Shown piece by piece: positions 47,464-56,893 of a stretch of 64,000 nt of DNA. Position numbers and translations under genes: made by a program. The stretch's first letter is position 1; each line of letters starts with the position of its first letter. The notes below the pieces were generated by a model that saw only the letters and a program-made list of their open reading frames with translations, was not told the origin of the DNA and ran no database searches. This stretch comes from Minisyncoccota bacterium (lineage in GTDB: Bacteria; Patescibacteriota; Minisyncoccia; Phycocordibacterales; JABAAK01): the NCBI GenBank assembly GCA_965204115.1, contig OZ241963.1, positions 10,632 through 74,631 of the forward strand, written 5' to 3'.

Positions 47464-47778
47464 ATGAAAGATTTTTACAACAAGTGGTATGTGGTGATAA
47501 GTATGGTGTTGGTTGGGGCGGGGGGATTTCTGTTGGGCGGGTTGTTCGTGCATTCATTCTCCACTCCTTCGCAAAAAGTTGCTACGGTGCAGTTGCAACC
47601 GCTGCCGATTGAGCAGTCGATTGACGCTCAACGGGTGTATGCCTCAAAGCGGGGCAAGCGTTACTATCCGTGGTGGTGTGATGCCGGCAATGCTATAGCC
47701 GAAGAGAATATTGTATGGTACGACACACCGGAGCTCGCGCAAGCGGCGGGGTACAGCATCGCGAAAGGGTGTCAGTGA
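47464..47778 (+). CDS. hypothetical membrane-anchored protein
   Basis: 104 aa from ATG 47464. One TM, then [15 protein letters not shown]...W....ELA..AGY..AKGC. Confidence 0.4.
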   Translation: MKDFYNKWYVVISMVLVGAGGFLLGGLFVHSFSTPSQKVATVQLQPLPIEQSIDAQRVYASKRGKRYYPWWCDAGNAIAEENIVWYDTPELAQAAGYSIAKGCQ

Positions 47779-47977
47779 GCAAGTGACTGTTGCGAGAGAG
47801 GAGTACTTTGCGGATTGTCAAGGGGGTGAGGGGTGGTTTTTACACAGCCAGGGTGGCGTAATGGGCTTGCAGAATAAGAGGATTTTTAATTTTTGGGCAA
47901 AATTGTGGAAAAAAGTGGGGATATGTGGAAATAAATGGTCTATAGTGTAAGCGTGGTGGGGAAGGAAATGCCTATGC

Positions 47978-48418
47978 GTGCCTATGGAGTTTTATTTAAC
48001 TATGGACAAGAAAAGGAGGTTTGCTATTCCGACAAAGTGTCGGAAGCTGCTCGGTGCCACGCTGGTTATCAGTCGTGGTCTTGATAAGTGTTTAAGTGTA
48101 TACGCGCATAAAGTTTGGGAAAGCGGCACCACCAAAGCACAGGCATTGAACCGACGACTTTCCATTAGCGCGAAGCATCGGAAGTTGTCGCGGTTCCTCA
48201 CAACCGTTGAGCAGATTGATGTTGACAGTTCCGGCAGAGTGTTGATACCGGAACACCTGGCGCAGTTCGCTGATCTGAAAGACACCATTGTGTTTGTTAA
48301 TACCGAAGAGGGGTTTCAGATTTGGAGTTCTCAGGAATGGGAGCGTGAAGGTATGCCGGACTTGCACGAGGCGCAGATGCTTGCTGAAGGTGAGGAGTTT
48401 CAAAAGCTGAGTGATTAG
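47978..48418 (+). CDS. mraZ: transcriptional regulator MraZ
   Basis: Two MraZ half-domains (MDKKRRFAIPTKCRKLLG and DVDSSGRVLIPEHLAQFADL), immediately upstream of rsmH. GTG start at 47978 or ATG at 47984. Confidence 0.75.
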   Translation: MPMEFYLTMDKKRRFAIPTKCRKLLGATLVISRGLDKCLSVYAHKVWESGTTKAQALNRRLSISAKHRKLSRFLTTVEQIDVDSSGRVLIPEHLAQFADLKDTIVFVNTEEGFQIWSSQEWEREGMPDLHEAQMLAEGEEFQKLSD

Positions 48419-48433
48419 GTGCTACTACTGCCT

Positions 48434-49330
48434 ATGGAAAAACATACACCCGTATTTGTGCAGGAAGTGCTTGAGCATCTGGCGATTGAGCCGAACAATG
48501 TTGTGTTGGACGGCACCCTTGGGCTCGGTGGACATGCGGCAGAACTGCTGCGTGCGATGTCGGGAGGTATTTTTGTGGGTATTGACGCGGATGGTGGGGC
48601 ACTTGAAGCGGCGCAACAGCGCCTCACACCGCTGCCGGACGACGTCACCGGACACTTTGTAGCGGGAAACTTCAGGGACATTGCGTCTATCACGGAAGAC
48701 CTTGCGTTGCCGGGCTATGATCGGGTACTCCTTGATCTGGGATGGGGCAGCCATCAGATCAAAAGCGGCAGAGGATTCTCTTTTATGGAAGATGAGCCGC
48801 TGGAGATGTGCTACGGCACCCGGCCGGATGCTTGTATTCTGTCGGCCTCTGATGTGGTAAATACTTTTGAGGAAACAAACCTCGCGGACATCATCAAAGG
48901 GTACGGCGGTGAGCGGTGGGCGGTGCGCATTGCGAAACATATTGTCGCGGCGCGTGAAACTTCGCCCATCACCACTACAAAACAGCTTGCGAGCATCGTG
49001 GCAGGGGCGATACCACGCCGTCTGCATCCGCGGAATATCCATGCGGCGACAAAAACTTTTCAGGCGATTCGGATAACCGTCAACGATGAGATTAACACCC
49101 TCAAACAGTTTCTTGCAGCGATACAGACACGCATGCACCCTGCCGGAAGAATTAGTATCATAGCATTTCATAGCGGGGAAGATCGGGTGGTGAAGTATGC
49201 GTTCAGAGCGTGGGAGCAGGACGGCTTCGGGAGACGATATATAAAAAAGGCGTGCAAACCGACAGAAGAGGAGTGCGCGCAAAACCCTCGCGCGCGAAGC
49301 GCGAAATTACGAACCTTTATTGTTACTTAA
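48434..49330 (+). CDS. rsmH: 16S rRNA (cytosine1402-N4)-methyltransferase RsmH (MraW)
   Basis: HTPVFVQEVLEHL....VLDGTLGLGGHA and GRISIIAFHSGEDRVVK. Confidence 0.8.
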   Translation: MEKHTPVFVQEVLEHLAIEPNNVVLDGTLGLGGHAAELLRAMSGGIFVGIDADGGALEAAQQRLTPLPDDVTGHFVAGNFRDIASITEDLALPGYDRVLLDLGWGSHQIKSGRGFSFMEDEPLEMCYGTRPDACILSASDVVNTFEETNLADIIKGYGGERWAVRIAKHIVAARETSPITTTKQLASIVAGAIPRRLHPRNIHAATKTFQAIRITVNDEINTLKQFLAAIQTRMHPAGRISIIAFHSGEDRVVKYAFRAWEQDGFGRRYIKKACKPTEEECAQNPRARSAKLRTFIVT

Positions 49331-49337
49331 AAATTAT

Positions 49338-49628
49338 ATGAAAAAACCACAAAGAAAAACCTTACACCTTATCCGTGACGGCAGTGTCGGTATCATAGCC
49401 GTGCTCTGCATCAGCGCCATAGCGGCACATATGTATTTTGTATATATGAGTGGGCAATATGTGAACAGTGCGCGGCAAACCGAGGAAGATATCTACTTCG
49501 TCCGCAATGAAATTGTGCAAATAGCCACCACCGGTGTAGAGAGCGTGGATACGCACAGTGTCGCCGCCTCTCACCTCGTCGTTGCAGAGCCAACAACTGT
49601 TTCGGCTGCCGGATATGGGCATGAATGA
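49338..49628 (+). CDS. small single-TM protein in the FtsL position after rsmH
   Basis: Called by position and topology only: basic N-terminus, one hydrophobic helix (GIIAVLCISAIAAHMYFVYM), C-terminal tail. Confidence 0.3.
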   Translation: MKKPQRKTLHLIRDGSVGIIAVLCISAIAAHMYFVYMSGQYVNSARQTEEDIYFVRNEIVQIATTGVESVDTHSVAASHLVVAEPTTVSAAGYGHE

Positions 49629-49681
49629 GTTTTTATATAGGGGGTTATGTCAGTTTGGGGGTATGCTATACTATGAGTACT

Positions 49682-50206
49682 ATGTTAAAGATACGATTGC
49701 AACGCATTGGACGGCGGAATAATCCGTCGTATCGTGTGGTGGTAGTGGATTCCAGGTCGGCGGCGAAAAAGGGGAAGCCGGTTGAACTGCTCGGGACACA
49801 CGATGCGATACGAAAGACCACTGCGCTGGATGATGAGCGGGTCAAGTACTGGATTTCGCAGGGTGCACAGGTTTCAGACACGATGCACAACATTCTCATT
49901 AAGAATGGGGTGATAGAAGGGGTGAAGGTAAATGTATTGCCGAAAAAGAGTCCGGTTACAAAAGAGGAAGAATCAGGTGGTGCCGAAACAGCGGCCGGAG
50001 ACACAGCGCAGGCAGCTGATAGTGCGGCTCCGGATGCAGGAGATGCTGCGACTGAGACCCCGAGTGACGGAACAGGTACAGCGGATGCTCCTCAGGCAGA
50101 AGAAAAGCCGAACACTCCTGAAGCAAAAGATGCGGATGCCGAAAAGACCGAAGAAGAAAAGCCAGAGGCATCATCTCCACAAGACACTCCTTCTGCGGAA
50201 GGATGA
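49682..50206 (+). CDS. rpsP: 30S ribosomal protein S16 with acidic/low-complexity C-terminal extension
   Basis: MLKIRLQRIGRRNNPSYRVVVVDSRSAAKKGKPVELLGTHD...YWISQGAQVSD. TATACT lies 9 nt upstream of this ATG. Confidence 0.8.
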   Translation: MLKIRLQRIGRRNNPSYRVVVVDSRSAAKKGKPVELLGTHDAIRKTTALDDERVKYWISQGAQVSDTMHNILIKNGVIEGVKVNVLPKKSPVTKEEESGGAETAAGDTAQAADSAAPDAGDAATETPSDGTGTADAPQAEEKPNTPEAKDADAEKTEEEKPEASSPQDTPSAEG

Positions 50207-50240
50207 AAAAGTTATTGTTTATTAAAAATAGAAAAGAAAT

Positions 50241-50507
50241 ATGACACAAGAAAAAGAAGAGGCACAGTTTCTCAAAGACATTATTCAGAGAATTGTTGAT
50301 AACCCTGATAAGGTGATGGTAGAGCAGGAAGTTGACAAGCAAGGCGTTAAGCTAACCCTAAGCGTTGATCCGAGTGATATGGGTAAGGTTATCGGCGCGC
50401 AGGGGCGTATGGCAACAGCGATTCGCACCGTTATGCACGCATACGGCGGTCAGCATGAGGCAAAGGTGAGCGTTATCATCGAAGAGCCGGAGAAGAACGA
50501 GATGTAG
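50241..50507 (+). CDS. khpA: KH-domain RNA-binding protein KhpA (UPF0109)
   Basis: 88 aa with VIGAQGRMATAIRTV (GxxG KH motif), between rpsP and trmD. Confidence 0.7.
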   Translation: MTQEKEEAQFLKDIIQRIVDNPDKVMVEQEVDKQGVKLTLSVDPSDMGKVIGAQGRMATAIRTVMHAYGGQHEAKVSVIIEEPEKNEM

Positions 50508-50524
50508 TCCTGTTATTTATTAGT

Positions 50525-51163
50525 ATGCTAAAGGCACATATCATTACCTTGTTTCCGAAGGTATGTGAGCCGTACTTTGCGTGTTCCGTATTGGGAAGGG
50601 CAGTTGAGAAAGGGGTACTTGGGGTTGAGTACTACAATCCCATTGATACCGTGCCGACATTGAAGCGGGTGGATAGTCGCCAGTATGGCGGCGGACCGGG
50701 TATGGTTCTGAAAGCAGAGCCGTATCTTCGGTGCTTTGAAAAAACAAAGCAGCACCCGGGAACACAGAAGGCAATTTTTCTGACCCCGGGTGGGGAGATG
50801 TTTACCCAGGAAAAGGCGAAGGAATACGCGCAGTATGAGAACCTTGTCTTTTTCTGCGGACACTACGAGGGTATAGACGAGCGGGTTGCGGAGGCGACGG
50901 CAGCAGAGCGTATTGCAGTCGGTGCGTATACCGTGACCGGTGGTGAATTGCCCGCTATGAGTATCATTGACGCTGTCGCACGGGAAATACCCGGTGTTTT
51001 AGGTAATGATGCCTCCCGAGAAGACCGTCGAGTGGCGGGTAGCAAGGTATATACCCGTCCGGAAACATTGGAATATGACGGAAAGACCTATCGCGTACCG
51101 GAAGTACTCCTTTCGGGGCACCATAAAAACATAGATGCGTATCGAAGTGACGCGACACCTTGA
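50525..51163 (+). CDS. trmD: tRNA (guanine37-N1)-methyltransferase TrmD
   Basis: MLKAHIITLFPKVCEPYF and GGGPGMVLKAEP. Confidence 0.85.
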   Translation: MLKAHIITLFPKVCEPYFACSVLGRAVEKGVLGVEYYNPIDTVPTLKRVDSRQYGGGPGMVLKAEPYLRCFEKTKQHPGTQKAIFLTPGGEMFTQEKAKEYAQYENLVFFCGHYEGIDERVAEATAAERIAVGAYTVTGGELPAMSIIDAVAREIPGVLGNDASREDRRVAGSKVYTRPETLEYDGKTYRVPEVLLSGHHKNIDAYRSDATP

Positions 51164-51248
51164 CAAATGATGCGTGGGATAGTACGGTTTAGTTTTGCAC
51201 ACTTCTTGCATAAGTGTGTTTTAGTGTGGTAGAATTACTATACCCACT

Positions 51249-51476
51249 GTGATGATGCAAAGGAAACCCAACAAACAGGAAGAAGTGCACGGAAGTGTTG
51301 ATGAAACACTGCCGAACACGCTATTCCGCGTGACAGTGGAAGAAACAAATGAGCAAGTACTTGCTTATTTGGCAGGACGCATGCGCATGAACCGTATTAA
51401 GGTTCTTGTGGGTGACAGGGTATCGCTTGTGCTGGATCCACATGGTGGCAGGGCAAGGATAACAAAGCGTCTATAA
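51249..51476 (+). CDS. infA: translation initiation factor IF-1
   Basis: GSVDETLPNTLFRVTVE...GRMRMNRIKVLVGDRVSLVLDP (S1-like fold). Confidence 0.8.
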   Translation: MMMQRKPNKQEEVHGSVDETLPNTLFRVTVEETNEQVLAYLAGRMRMNRIKVLVGDRVSLVLDPHGGRARITKRL

Positions 51477-51503
51477 GCATACACAATCCTAACGACACAA
51501 GAT

Positions 51504-51689
51504 ATGAAGGTCAGAACCTCCATTAAAGAAAAAAATAAGGATGATCAGATTGTGCGCAGAAATGGTGTGTTGCGCCTCATAAACAAAAAAGATCCGCGTA
51601 GAAAAATGCGACAAAAGTCAAGCCCCAAGGGAAAGCGGCAGAAGCGGAGGAGACCGTCGGCGCACAGAAAGCTACGCAAACGACCATAA
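51504..51689 (+). CDS. rpmJ: 50S ribosomal protein L36, cysteine-less variant with Lys/Arg-rich C-terminal extension
   Basis: [37 protein letters not shown] aligns to L36, with Cys positions replaced. It sits in the infA-rpmJ-rpsM position. The ORF continues 23 aa as a basic tail. Confidence 0.7.
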   Translation: MKVRTSIKEKNKDDQIVRRNGVLRLINKKDPRRKMRQKSSPKGKRQKRRRPSAHRKLRKRP

Positions 51690-51700
51690 TCAACAACGCT

Positions 51701-52078
51701 ATGCGTATCGTCGGAGTAAATATACCAGAAAAAAAGCACTTGAGGATTGCCCTTACCGCCGTATATGGTATCGGCCAATCCCGCGCGGCGAGCATCCTCA
51801 AAGAACTCTCAATAGACCCCACGGCAACTGCCGGGGATTTAAGCGTAGATGAGGAATCTGCCGTGCGCAAAAAGGTAGAGACCTTTGCGGTGGAGGGTGA
51901 TTTGCGCCGGGGCACAGCGCAGGATATCAAGCGGCTGAAAGACATACAAACCTTGCGTGGGCATTTTCACAGTGTCGGGTTGCCGGTTCGTGGACAGCGA
52001 ACAAAAACAAACGCGCGAACGAGAAAGGGCCCGAAGAAGACGATGGGATCCGGACGAGTGAAGCTACAGAAGAAATAG
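51701..52078 (+). CDS. rpsM: 30S ribosomal protein S13
   Basis: MRIVGVNIPEKKHLRIALTAVYGIGQSRA. Confidence 0.85.
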   Translation: MRIVGVNIPEKKHLRIALTAVYGIGQSRAASILKELSIDPTATAGDLSVDEESAVRKKVETFAVEGDLRRGTAQDIKRLKDIQTLRGHFHSVGLPVRGQRTKTNARTRKGPKKTMGSGRVKLQKK

Positions 52079-52079
52079 T

Positions 52080-52517
52080 ATGGGAAAGAAGAGAACGGCA
52101 AATAAGGTGGAGCGGAACAGGGGCGACTCAGGGAAGAGATCGAGAGTTCTCTCCAAGATTCCGAAAAAGAAAATCGGCAAAGGCGTTGTTTTTGTGGAGG
52201 CGACTTTTAATAATACTAAAGTATTGTTCACTGAGCCGAATGGGAATGTGGTGATGTGGGTGACCAGCAGCACGCTCGGCTTCAGCAGCGCGAAAAAGGC
52301 GACACCCTATGCCGCGGCGAAAGTTGCGGAAGCAGTTGCCGAAAAGGCGAGTGCTATCGGGGTGAAGGATATAGATATTATTGTGAAAGGGGTCGGCAGC
52401 GGTCGGGAATCAGCGCTTCGCTCGTTTCTGAACAGAGGTTTTATCATACACTCTATTCGCGACAGAACGCCGGTGCCGCACAATGGGCCGCGCCGCAAAA
52501 AACCGAGACGCGTGTAA
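52080..52517 (+). CDS. rpsK: 30S ribosomal protein S11
   Basis: GVVFVEATFNNTKVLFTEPNGNVVMWVTSSTLGF...PHNGPRRKKPRRV. Confidence 0.85.
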   Translation: MGKKRTANKVERNRGDSGKRSRVLSKIPKKKIGKGVVFVEATFNNTKVLFTEPNGNVVMWVTSSTLGFSSAKKATPYAAAKVAEAVAEKASAIGVKDIDIIVKGVGSGRESALRSFLNRGFIIHSIRDRTPVPHNGPRRKKPRRV

Positions 52518-52532
52518 TCTCTCAAAGACACT

Positions 52533-53132
52533 ATGAAGAAAGTAAAAAAACATAAAATCAGCAGACGACTACAGGCACCGCTTTTTGAAAACTGTCAGAC
52601 GCAGAAGTTCGCACTGCGCGAGCAGCGGCGTGTTCCGAAGCGGCGCAGGGGGTCAGTTTCTGAATACGGGAAGCAGTTAGCTGAGAAGCAAAAAGTGCGT
52701 TTCCTGTACAGTATTTCTGAGAAGGTGTTAAAGAACTATGTGAAAAAAGCGGTTGCAAATCAGAAGACGCCGACCGAGGAAGCGTTTGCGGAGGTGCTGG
52801 AGCGGCGGTTGGATAATGTGGTGTATCAATGCAACCTCGCACCGACCAGGCGCATGGCGCGACAGCTGGTTTCACATGGTCACTTCACCATCAATGATCG
52901 AAAAATAACCATTCCATCATATCAGGTACGCGATACGGACACTGTTGGGATTCGGGAAGGCAGTTTGAAAACAAAGCTCTTTGAAGTGCTGCTTTCCGGA
53001 AACACAACGAAGCCGCGTGTCGGTTGGGTCTCGTGGAATGGTAAGTCGCGTCAAGGGACCATCACCGGAAAGCCGGCGCTCGGCGAGACCGTGTTTTCAA
53101 TTCCGGCGATCCTTGAATATTATTCCCGCTAA
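52533..53132 (+). CDS. rpsD: 30S ribosomal protein S4
   Basis: YGKQLAEKQKVRFLYSISEKVLKNY...RRLDNVVYQ...RQLVSHGHFTINDRK. Confidence 0.85.
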   Translation: MKKVKKHKISRRLQAPLFENCQTQKFALREQRRVPKRRRGSVSEYGKQLAEKQKVRFLYSISEKVLKNYVKKAVANQKTPTEEAFAEVLERRLDNVVYQCNLAPTRRMARQLVSHGHFTINDRKITIPSYQVRDTDTVGIREGSLKTKLFEVLLSGNTTKPRVGWVSWNGKSRQGTITGKPALGETVFSIPAILEYYSR

Positions 53133-53153
53133 ATTATACATAAACACTTTTCT

Positions 53154-54101
53154 ATGACAGAGTACATAAACATCGCTATTCCTTCCAAACCGGAGATCGT
53201 GAATGAAACAGACACGGAAGGCACCTATGAAATTTCCAGCTTATACCCCGGCTACGGAAACACACTCGGCAATGCGTTGCGGAGAATGTTGCTTTCTTCC
53301 ATACCCGGCGCGGCAATCACCACCATACGAATACAGGGCGTGCCGCATGAATTTTCAGCGTTGGACGGCGTCAAGGAGGATGCCTTGACGGTTATCGTCA
53401 ATATGAAGAACATCCGTATAAAAGCAAACACCGACGCTTTTCCGCAACAAATAACCCTTAAAAAGAAGGGGGCAGGGGTAATCACCGCCGGAGATTTTGA
53501 TGTGCCGTCACAGGTTGAAGTGGTGAATAAAGATCTCGTCATTGCGGAGATTACCGATGATAAAACCACGCTGCAGGTAGAGGCGGATATACAGCAAGGT
53601 ATCGGCTTTCGTCCGCGGGAAGATTTTTCTGAGGATTCAGAGGTCGGTTCAATCGTTGTGGATGCGATATTTTCCCCGGTGAAGCGATCGTCGTATGAAG
53701 TGGAAAACATGCGGGTCGGCGACCGGACTGATTTCAACCGACTCTCGTTGTTCATTGAGACCGACGGTACGGTTACTCCGCGGCAGGCGCTGGAAAAAGC
53801 GCTTCGCACGATGTTGGTGCAGTTTGAGGCGATGCTCGGTTTCCAGTCGGAAAATGACGATAAGATAAAAGAGATAGAAAAAGAGGCGAACGAAAACATG
53901 AAGGTGATAACCATCAGTGACCTTGGATTCAGTGCCGCTGTCGCAGGTGCTTTAGAGAAAAACAATATACAAACTGTTATGGATTTGCTGAAGAAGGGGA
54001 CAACCGGTATCCGTGAGATACCCGGCATTGGCGCGAAAGCGGTGGAGGAGATCACTGAGCGCCTTGAGGAGCGCGGGATCGTTCTGAAAGATGCGGAGTA
54101 A
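53154..54101 (+). CDS. rpoA: DNA-directed RNA polymerase subunit alpha
   Basis: LYPGYGNTLGNALRRMLLSSIPGAAIT and the C-terminal domain ISDLGFSAAVAGALEKNNIQTVMDLL. Confidence 0.85.
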   Translation: MTEYINIAIPSKPEIVNETDTEGTYEISSLYPGYGNTLGNALRRMLLSSIPGAAITTIRIQGVPHEFSALDGVKEDALTVIVNMKNIRIKANTDAFPQQITLKKKGAGVITAGDFDVPSQVEVVNKDLVIAEITDDKTTLQVEADIQQGIGFRPREDFSEDSEVGSIVVDAIFSPVKRSSYEVENMRVGDRTDFNRLSLFIETDGTVTPRQALEKALRTMLVQFEAMLGFQSENDDKIKEIEKEANENMKVITISDLGFSAAVAGALEKNNIQTVMDLLKKGTTGIREIPGIGAKAVEEITERLEERGIVLKDAE

Positions 54102-54112
54102 AGTAAATATCT

Positions 54113-54466
54113 ATGGCATACCACAAGAGAGGGAGAAAATTCGGGCGAAAAAGGGATCAACGGAAGCAGTTGATGCGTTCTCTTGCGCGATCTGTTATAC
54201 TGCATATGCGGGTTCAGACCACAGAAGCGCGTGCGAAGAGTATTCGTCCGTACCTTGAGAAAATCGTTACGAAGGCGGCGGTTAATGACCTGCCGACCAG
54301 GCGGCTGTTACTCAGCCGTTTCAATAACGATGCAGCAGTGGTGAAGAAGCTGCTTGAAGATTTAGGACCGAAGTATAAAGATCGAAACGGCGGCTATACC
54401 CGCATCACTAAAGTTGAATCCCGTCCGGGTTCCGGACGAACGACGGCGGTGATTGAGTTTGTATAA
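54113..54466 (+). CDS. rplQ: 50S ribosomal protein L17
   Basis: MAYHKRGRKFGRKRDQRKQLMRSLARSVILHMRVQTTEARAK. Confidence 0.85.
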   Translation: MAYHKRGRKFGRKRDQRKQLMRSLARSVILHMRVQTTEARAKSIRPYLEKIVTKAAVNDLPTRRLLLSRFNNDAAVVKKLLEDLGPKYKDRNGGYTRITKVESRPGSGRTTAVIEFV

Positions 54467-54474
54467 AAAACACT

Positions 54475-54834
54475 ATGGAAAACACACAAGAAAAAATCAG
54501 CATCAATGCAGCAGGCAAACGGCTCGGTATACTTGCGTCTGAGGTCGCCAACCTGCTCAACGGCAAACATATGCCGGAGTATGCGCCGAATAAAGCGCCT
54601 AATCTTGTGGTGGAGGTTTCTAATGCTGCGCAAATGCAGATTACCGAGAAAAAGAAGATTGAGAAGATTTATGAGCGCTATACCGGCTACTTCGGCGGGC
54701 GAAAAGAGATGACCCTTGCGCAGCTTATTGAGCAGAAAGGGTATGGCGAAGCACTTCGCAAGGCGGTGTATGGCATGCTTCCCGGCAATCGTCTGCGAAA
54801 GGTAAAGATGAAAAAATTACAGATTAACGAATAA
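54475..54834 (+). CDS. rplM: 50S ribosomal protein L13
   Basis: GKRLGILASEVANLLNGKHMPEYAP...YERYTGYFGG...AVYGMLPGNRL. Confidence 0.8.
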   Translation: MENTQEKISINAAGKRLGILASEVANLLNGKHMPEYAPNKAPNLVVEVSNAAQMQITEKKKIEKIYERYTGYFGGRKEMTLAQLIEQKGYGEALRKAVYGMLPGNRLRKVKMKKLQINE

Positions 54835-54837
54835 TAT

Positions 54838-55251
54838 ATGTTAGACAACCAAATAGAACGAGGGGGGTATATAGAGACCGTCGGGCGGCGAAAGACCGCT
54901 GTGGCGCGCGTACGCGTTTCAAAACTAACAAAGGGGGTCGTGGTGAACGGCAAGCCGATAGCAGAGTACCTGCCGACACAAGAGCTGGTCAAAACGGCAT
55001 TGCAGCCATTCCACGAGAAGGAAGCGCACAAAGAGCTCCTCGGCGCTACGGTTATTGTTAAAGGAGGTGGCTCATCAGCGCAGGCAGAGGCGATTCGTCA
55101 TGCTCTCACCCGCGCTTTTGTTGCTCACGAACCTGAAGACCGCAAATTTTTCAAAGATTTAGGATTTCTCACCCGGGATCAACGAAAGAAAGAGCGAAAG
55201 AAGTTCGGTCTCAAGAAAGCGCGCCGTGCGCCACAGTGGAGCAAGCGGTAG
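54838..55251 (+). CDS. rpsI: 30S ribosomal protein S9
   Basis: YIETVGRRKTAVARVRV...GGGSSAQAEAIRHALTRAF...KARRAPQWSKR. Confidence 0.85.
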   Translation: MLDNQIERGGYIETVGRRKTAVARVRVSKLTKGVVVNGKPIAEYLPTQELVKTALQPFHEKEAHKELLGATVIVKGGGSSAQAEAIRHALTRAFVAHEPEDRKFFKDLGFLTRDQRKKERKKFGLKKARRAPQWSKR

Positions 55252-55285
55252 TGGGAATGCTGTTTGGATTGCTGTAGGTAATACA

Positions 55286-55325
55286 ACAATACAGCCCCGA
55301 GGATTACTCCTTGGGGCTGTATTGT
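55286..55325. terminator. 17-bp stem hairpin between convergent rpsI and the minus-strand gene (no strong T-tract)
   Basis: acaatacagccccgagg / ccttggggctgtattgt with loop attact. Confidence 0.4.
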
Positions 55326-55364
55326 TGTACTGTAGTTATCGCGTTCAGATTAGTACCATCAGTG

Positions 55365-56474
55365 TTAGCTCCACTGGAAAAGTGTTTTGAAGAAATTAGC
55401 GACCTTCTTGAAAAAGTTGATTAAAAAGTTTTCGGATGTGCTTTTGTCATCGTCTTTCTCATTCTGATCGTTCTGGGTAATCTCTTCTGCGCTTTCTGAT
55501 GGTACACAATCTGTAGCTGTGATCTCACCGATTGCATTGGGTGCAATGTTGTTGATGAGGATCCTTGTCTGCGTGTCTGCTGTGCCGGTTACCGGAATAG
55601 TGTAAGCCGACTGAAGTCGCTGTAATGCTGCGAGTGTTCGCGGACCAAAAAACGAAGTTTCTTGTCCCGGTGAACCCGCGCCGGTTGTTGCGAGCATGAA
55701 ACCGTTTTGGTTAAGAAACCGTTGCAGGTTCTGAACCATCGGGCCACACACGCCATAACCGAAATCATCGGCAGATTCTTCTTTCAGTTCTGCAATCTGC
55801 TGATCTAACTCAGCAATCCGCTTCTGAAATTCAGCAATTTCTCGCAATGTCTTTTTCTGCTCCCTTGTAAGGTTAGCATTTTTGTTCGCGACAGCCACCT
55901 TGACAACACGAGTGTTGTCAGTAGGATGACTGGCGGAAACATACTCTACGCTCGGCGTAGTGTATGCTATAACGCTCTGCGCAATAGGAAAGCGCAACGC
56001 CGACTGAACAAGGAAAGTGTCTTCTGTAGGAAATGCCTCAATGTATGTCTCTGTTTCAGTGGCAGCAACTACCGTAGAGGTAGTCGCTGTTTTGTGAACA
56101 TCTACGGTGTTTTGAGGATGACCCGCGAAAACGCCTTCTATGCTCGGTGCGGTGTATGCAGCTCTCTGTCTAGTAGGAAAGCGTAACGCCGACCGGACAA
56201 GGAAAGTGTCTTCTGTAGGAAACTCCTCAATGTAGGTAGTTGTTTCAGAGGTGGTTGCTACCGTGGTGGTAGTTGTTGTCTCGTGGACAATTACGGTATT
56301 TTGAGGATGACCTGCGAAAATAGTATCCAAGCTCGGTGCGGTGTATGACGCACTCCGTGCGACCGGGAAAAGCAGTTCTGACTGTGCGAATGCTTTGCTT
56401 CCCAAGATTGGGGTAGCAACGCAAACAATCACCGCTACGATAACCAGTAACGAATTCTTTAATGCGTTACTCAT
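55365..56474 (-). CDS. secreted repeat protein with C-terminal peptidoglycan-binding-like module
   Basis: Signal peptide, then three ~60-aa repeats (AYTAPSIEGVFAGHPQNTVDVH...AFPTEDTFLV.SALRFP), a coiled-coil-like segment, then VQNLQRFLNQNGFMLATTGAGSPGQETSFFGPRTLAALQRLQ, which resembles PG_binding_1. Confidence 0.6.
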   Translation of the reverse strand: MSNALKNSLLVIVAVIVCVATPILGSKAFAQSELLFPVARSASYTAPSLDTIFAGHPQNTVIVHETTTTTTVATTSETTTYIEEFPTEDTFLVRSALRFPTRQRAAYTAPSIEGVFAGHPQNTVDVHKTATTSTVVAATETETYIEAFPTEDTFLVQSALRFPIAQSVIAYTTPSVEYVSASHPTDNTRVVKVAVANKNANLTREQKKTLREIAEFQKRIAELDQQIAELKEESADDFGYGVCGPMVQNLQRFLNQNGFMLATTGAGSPGQETSFFGPRTLAALQRLQSAYTIPVTGTADTQTRILINNIAPNAIGEITATDCVPSESAEEITQNDQNEKDDDKSTSENFLINFFKKVANFFKTLFQWS

Positions 56475-56611
56475 ATATCATAGTGTTTAGGTTAATAATT
56501 AAGAAAGACCTGTAAAAAGAGCGGTACAAGGGTCAGCAGAAAATGGTGTGTGTAGTACCTTTTCTGGGATAAACTACCTTTACTCTACCATATTTTACCC
56601 ATAAGTGCAAG

Positions 56612-56641
56612 TTGACAGAATGCTAAAATATGCTGTATTAT
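56612..56641 (+). promoter_or_regulatory. sigma70-like promoter TTGACA-18-TATTAT
   Basis: Read directly in the divergent intergenic region upstream of the lipoprotein gene. Confidence 0.4.
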
Positions 56642-56704
56642 CAAGAGATTTTAGCAAAATCAGCGTTTTGCTGAAAAACATCAATAGTAAGGTATATAAT
56701 AACA

Positions 56705-56733
56705 TTGACAAATCTGCAATTTTACTATATAGT
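56705..56733 (+). promoter_or_regulatory. sigma70-like promoter TTGACA-17-TATAGT
   Basis: Read directly. ~160 nt upstream of ATG 56894. Confidence 0.45.
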
Positions 56734-56893
56734 ATCAGTAATTATGGCGTGTGATTTGTACGGTCTTTTAAAATCAAGAGAAAACTACAAATCGCACTGC
56801 CAACAGATGTGTATAAGAAGAGAATTGAATTTCTGAAATCGGAAAAAAGGCCCGCCTTGGTAGGTTGGGCAAATTTTTAAAGGAGAATTGATC

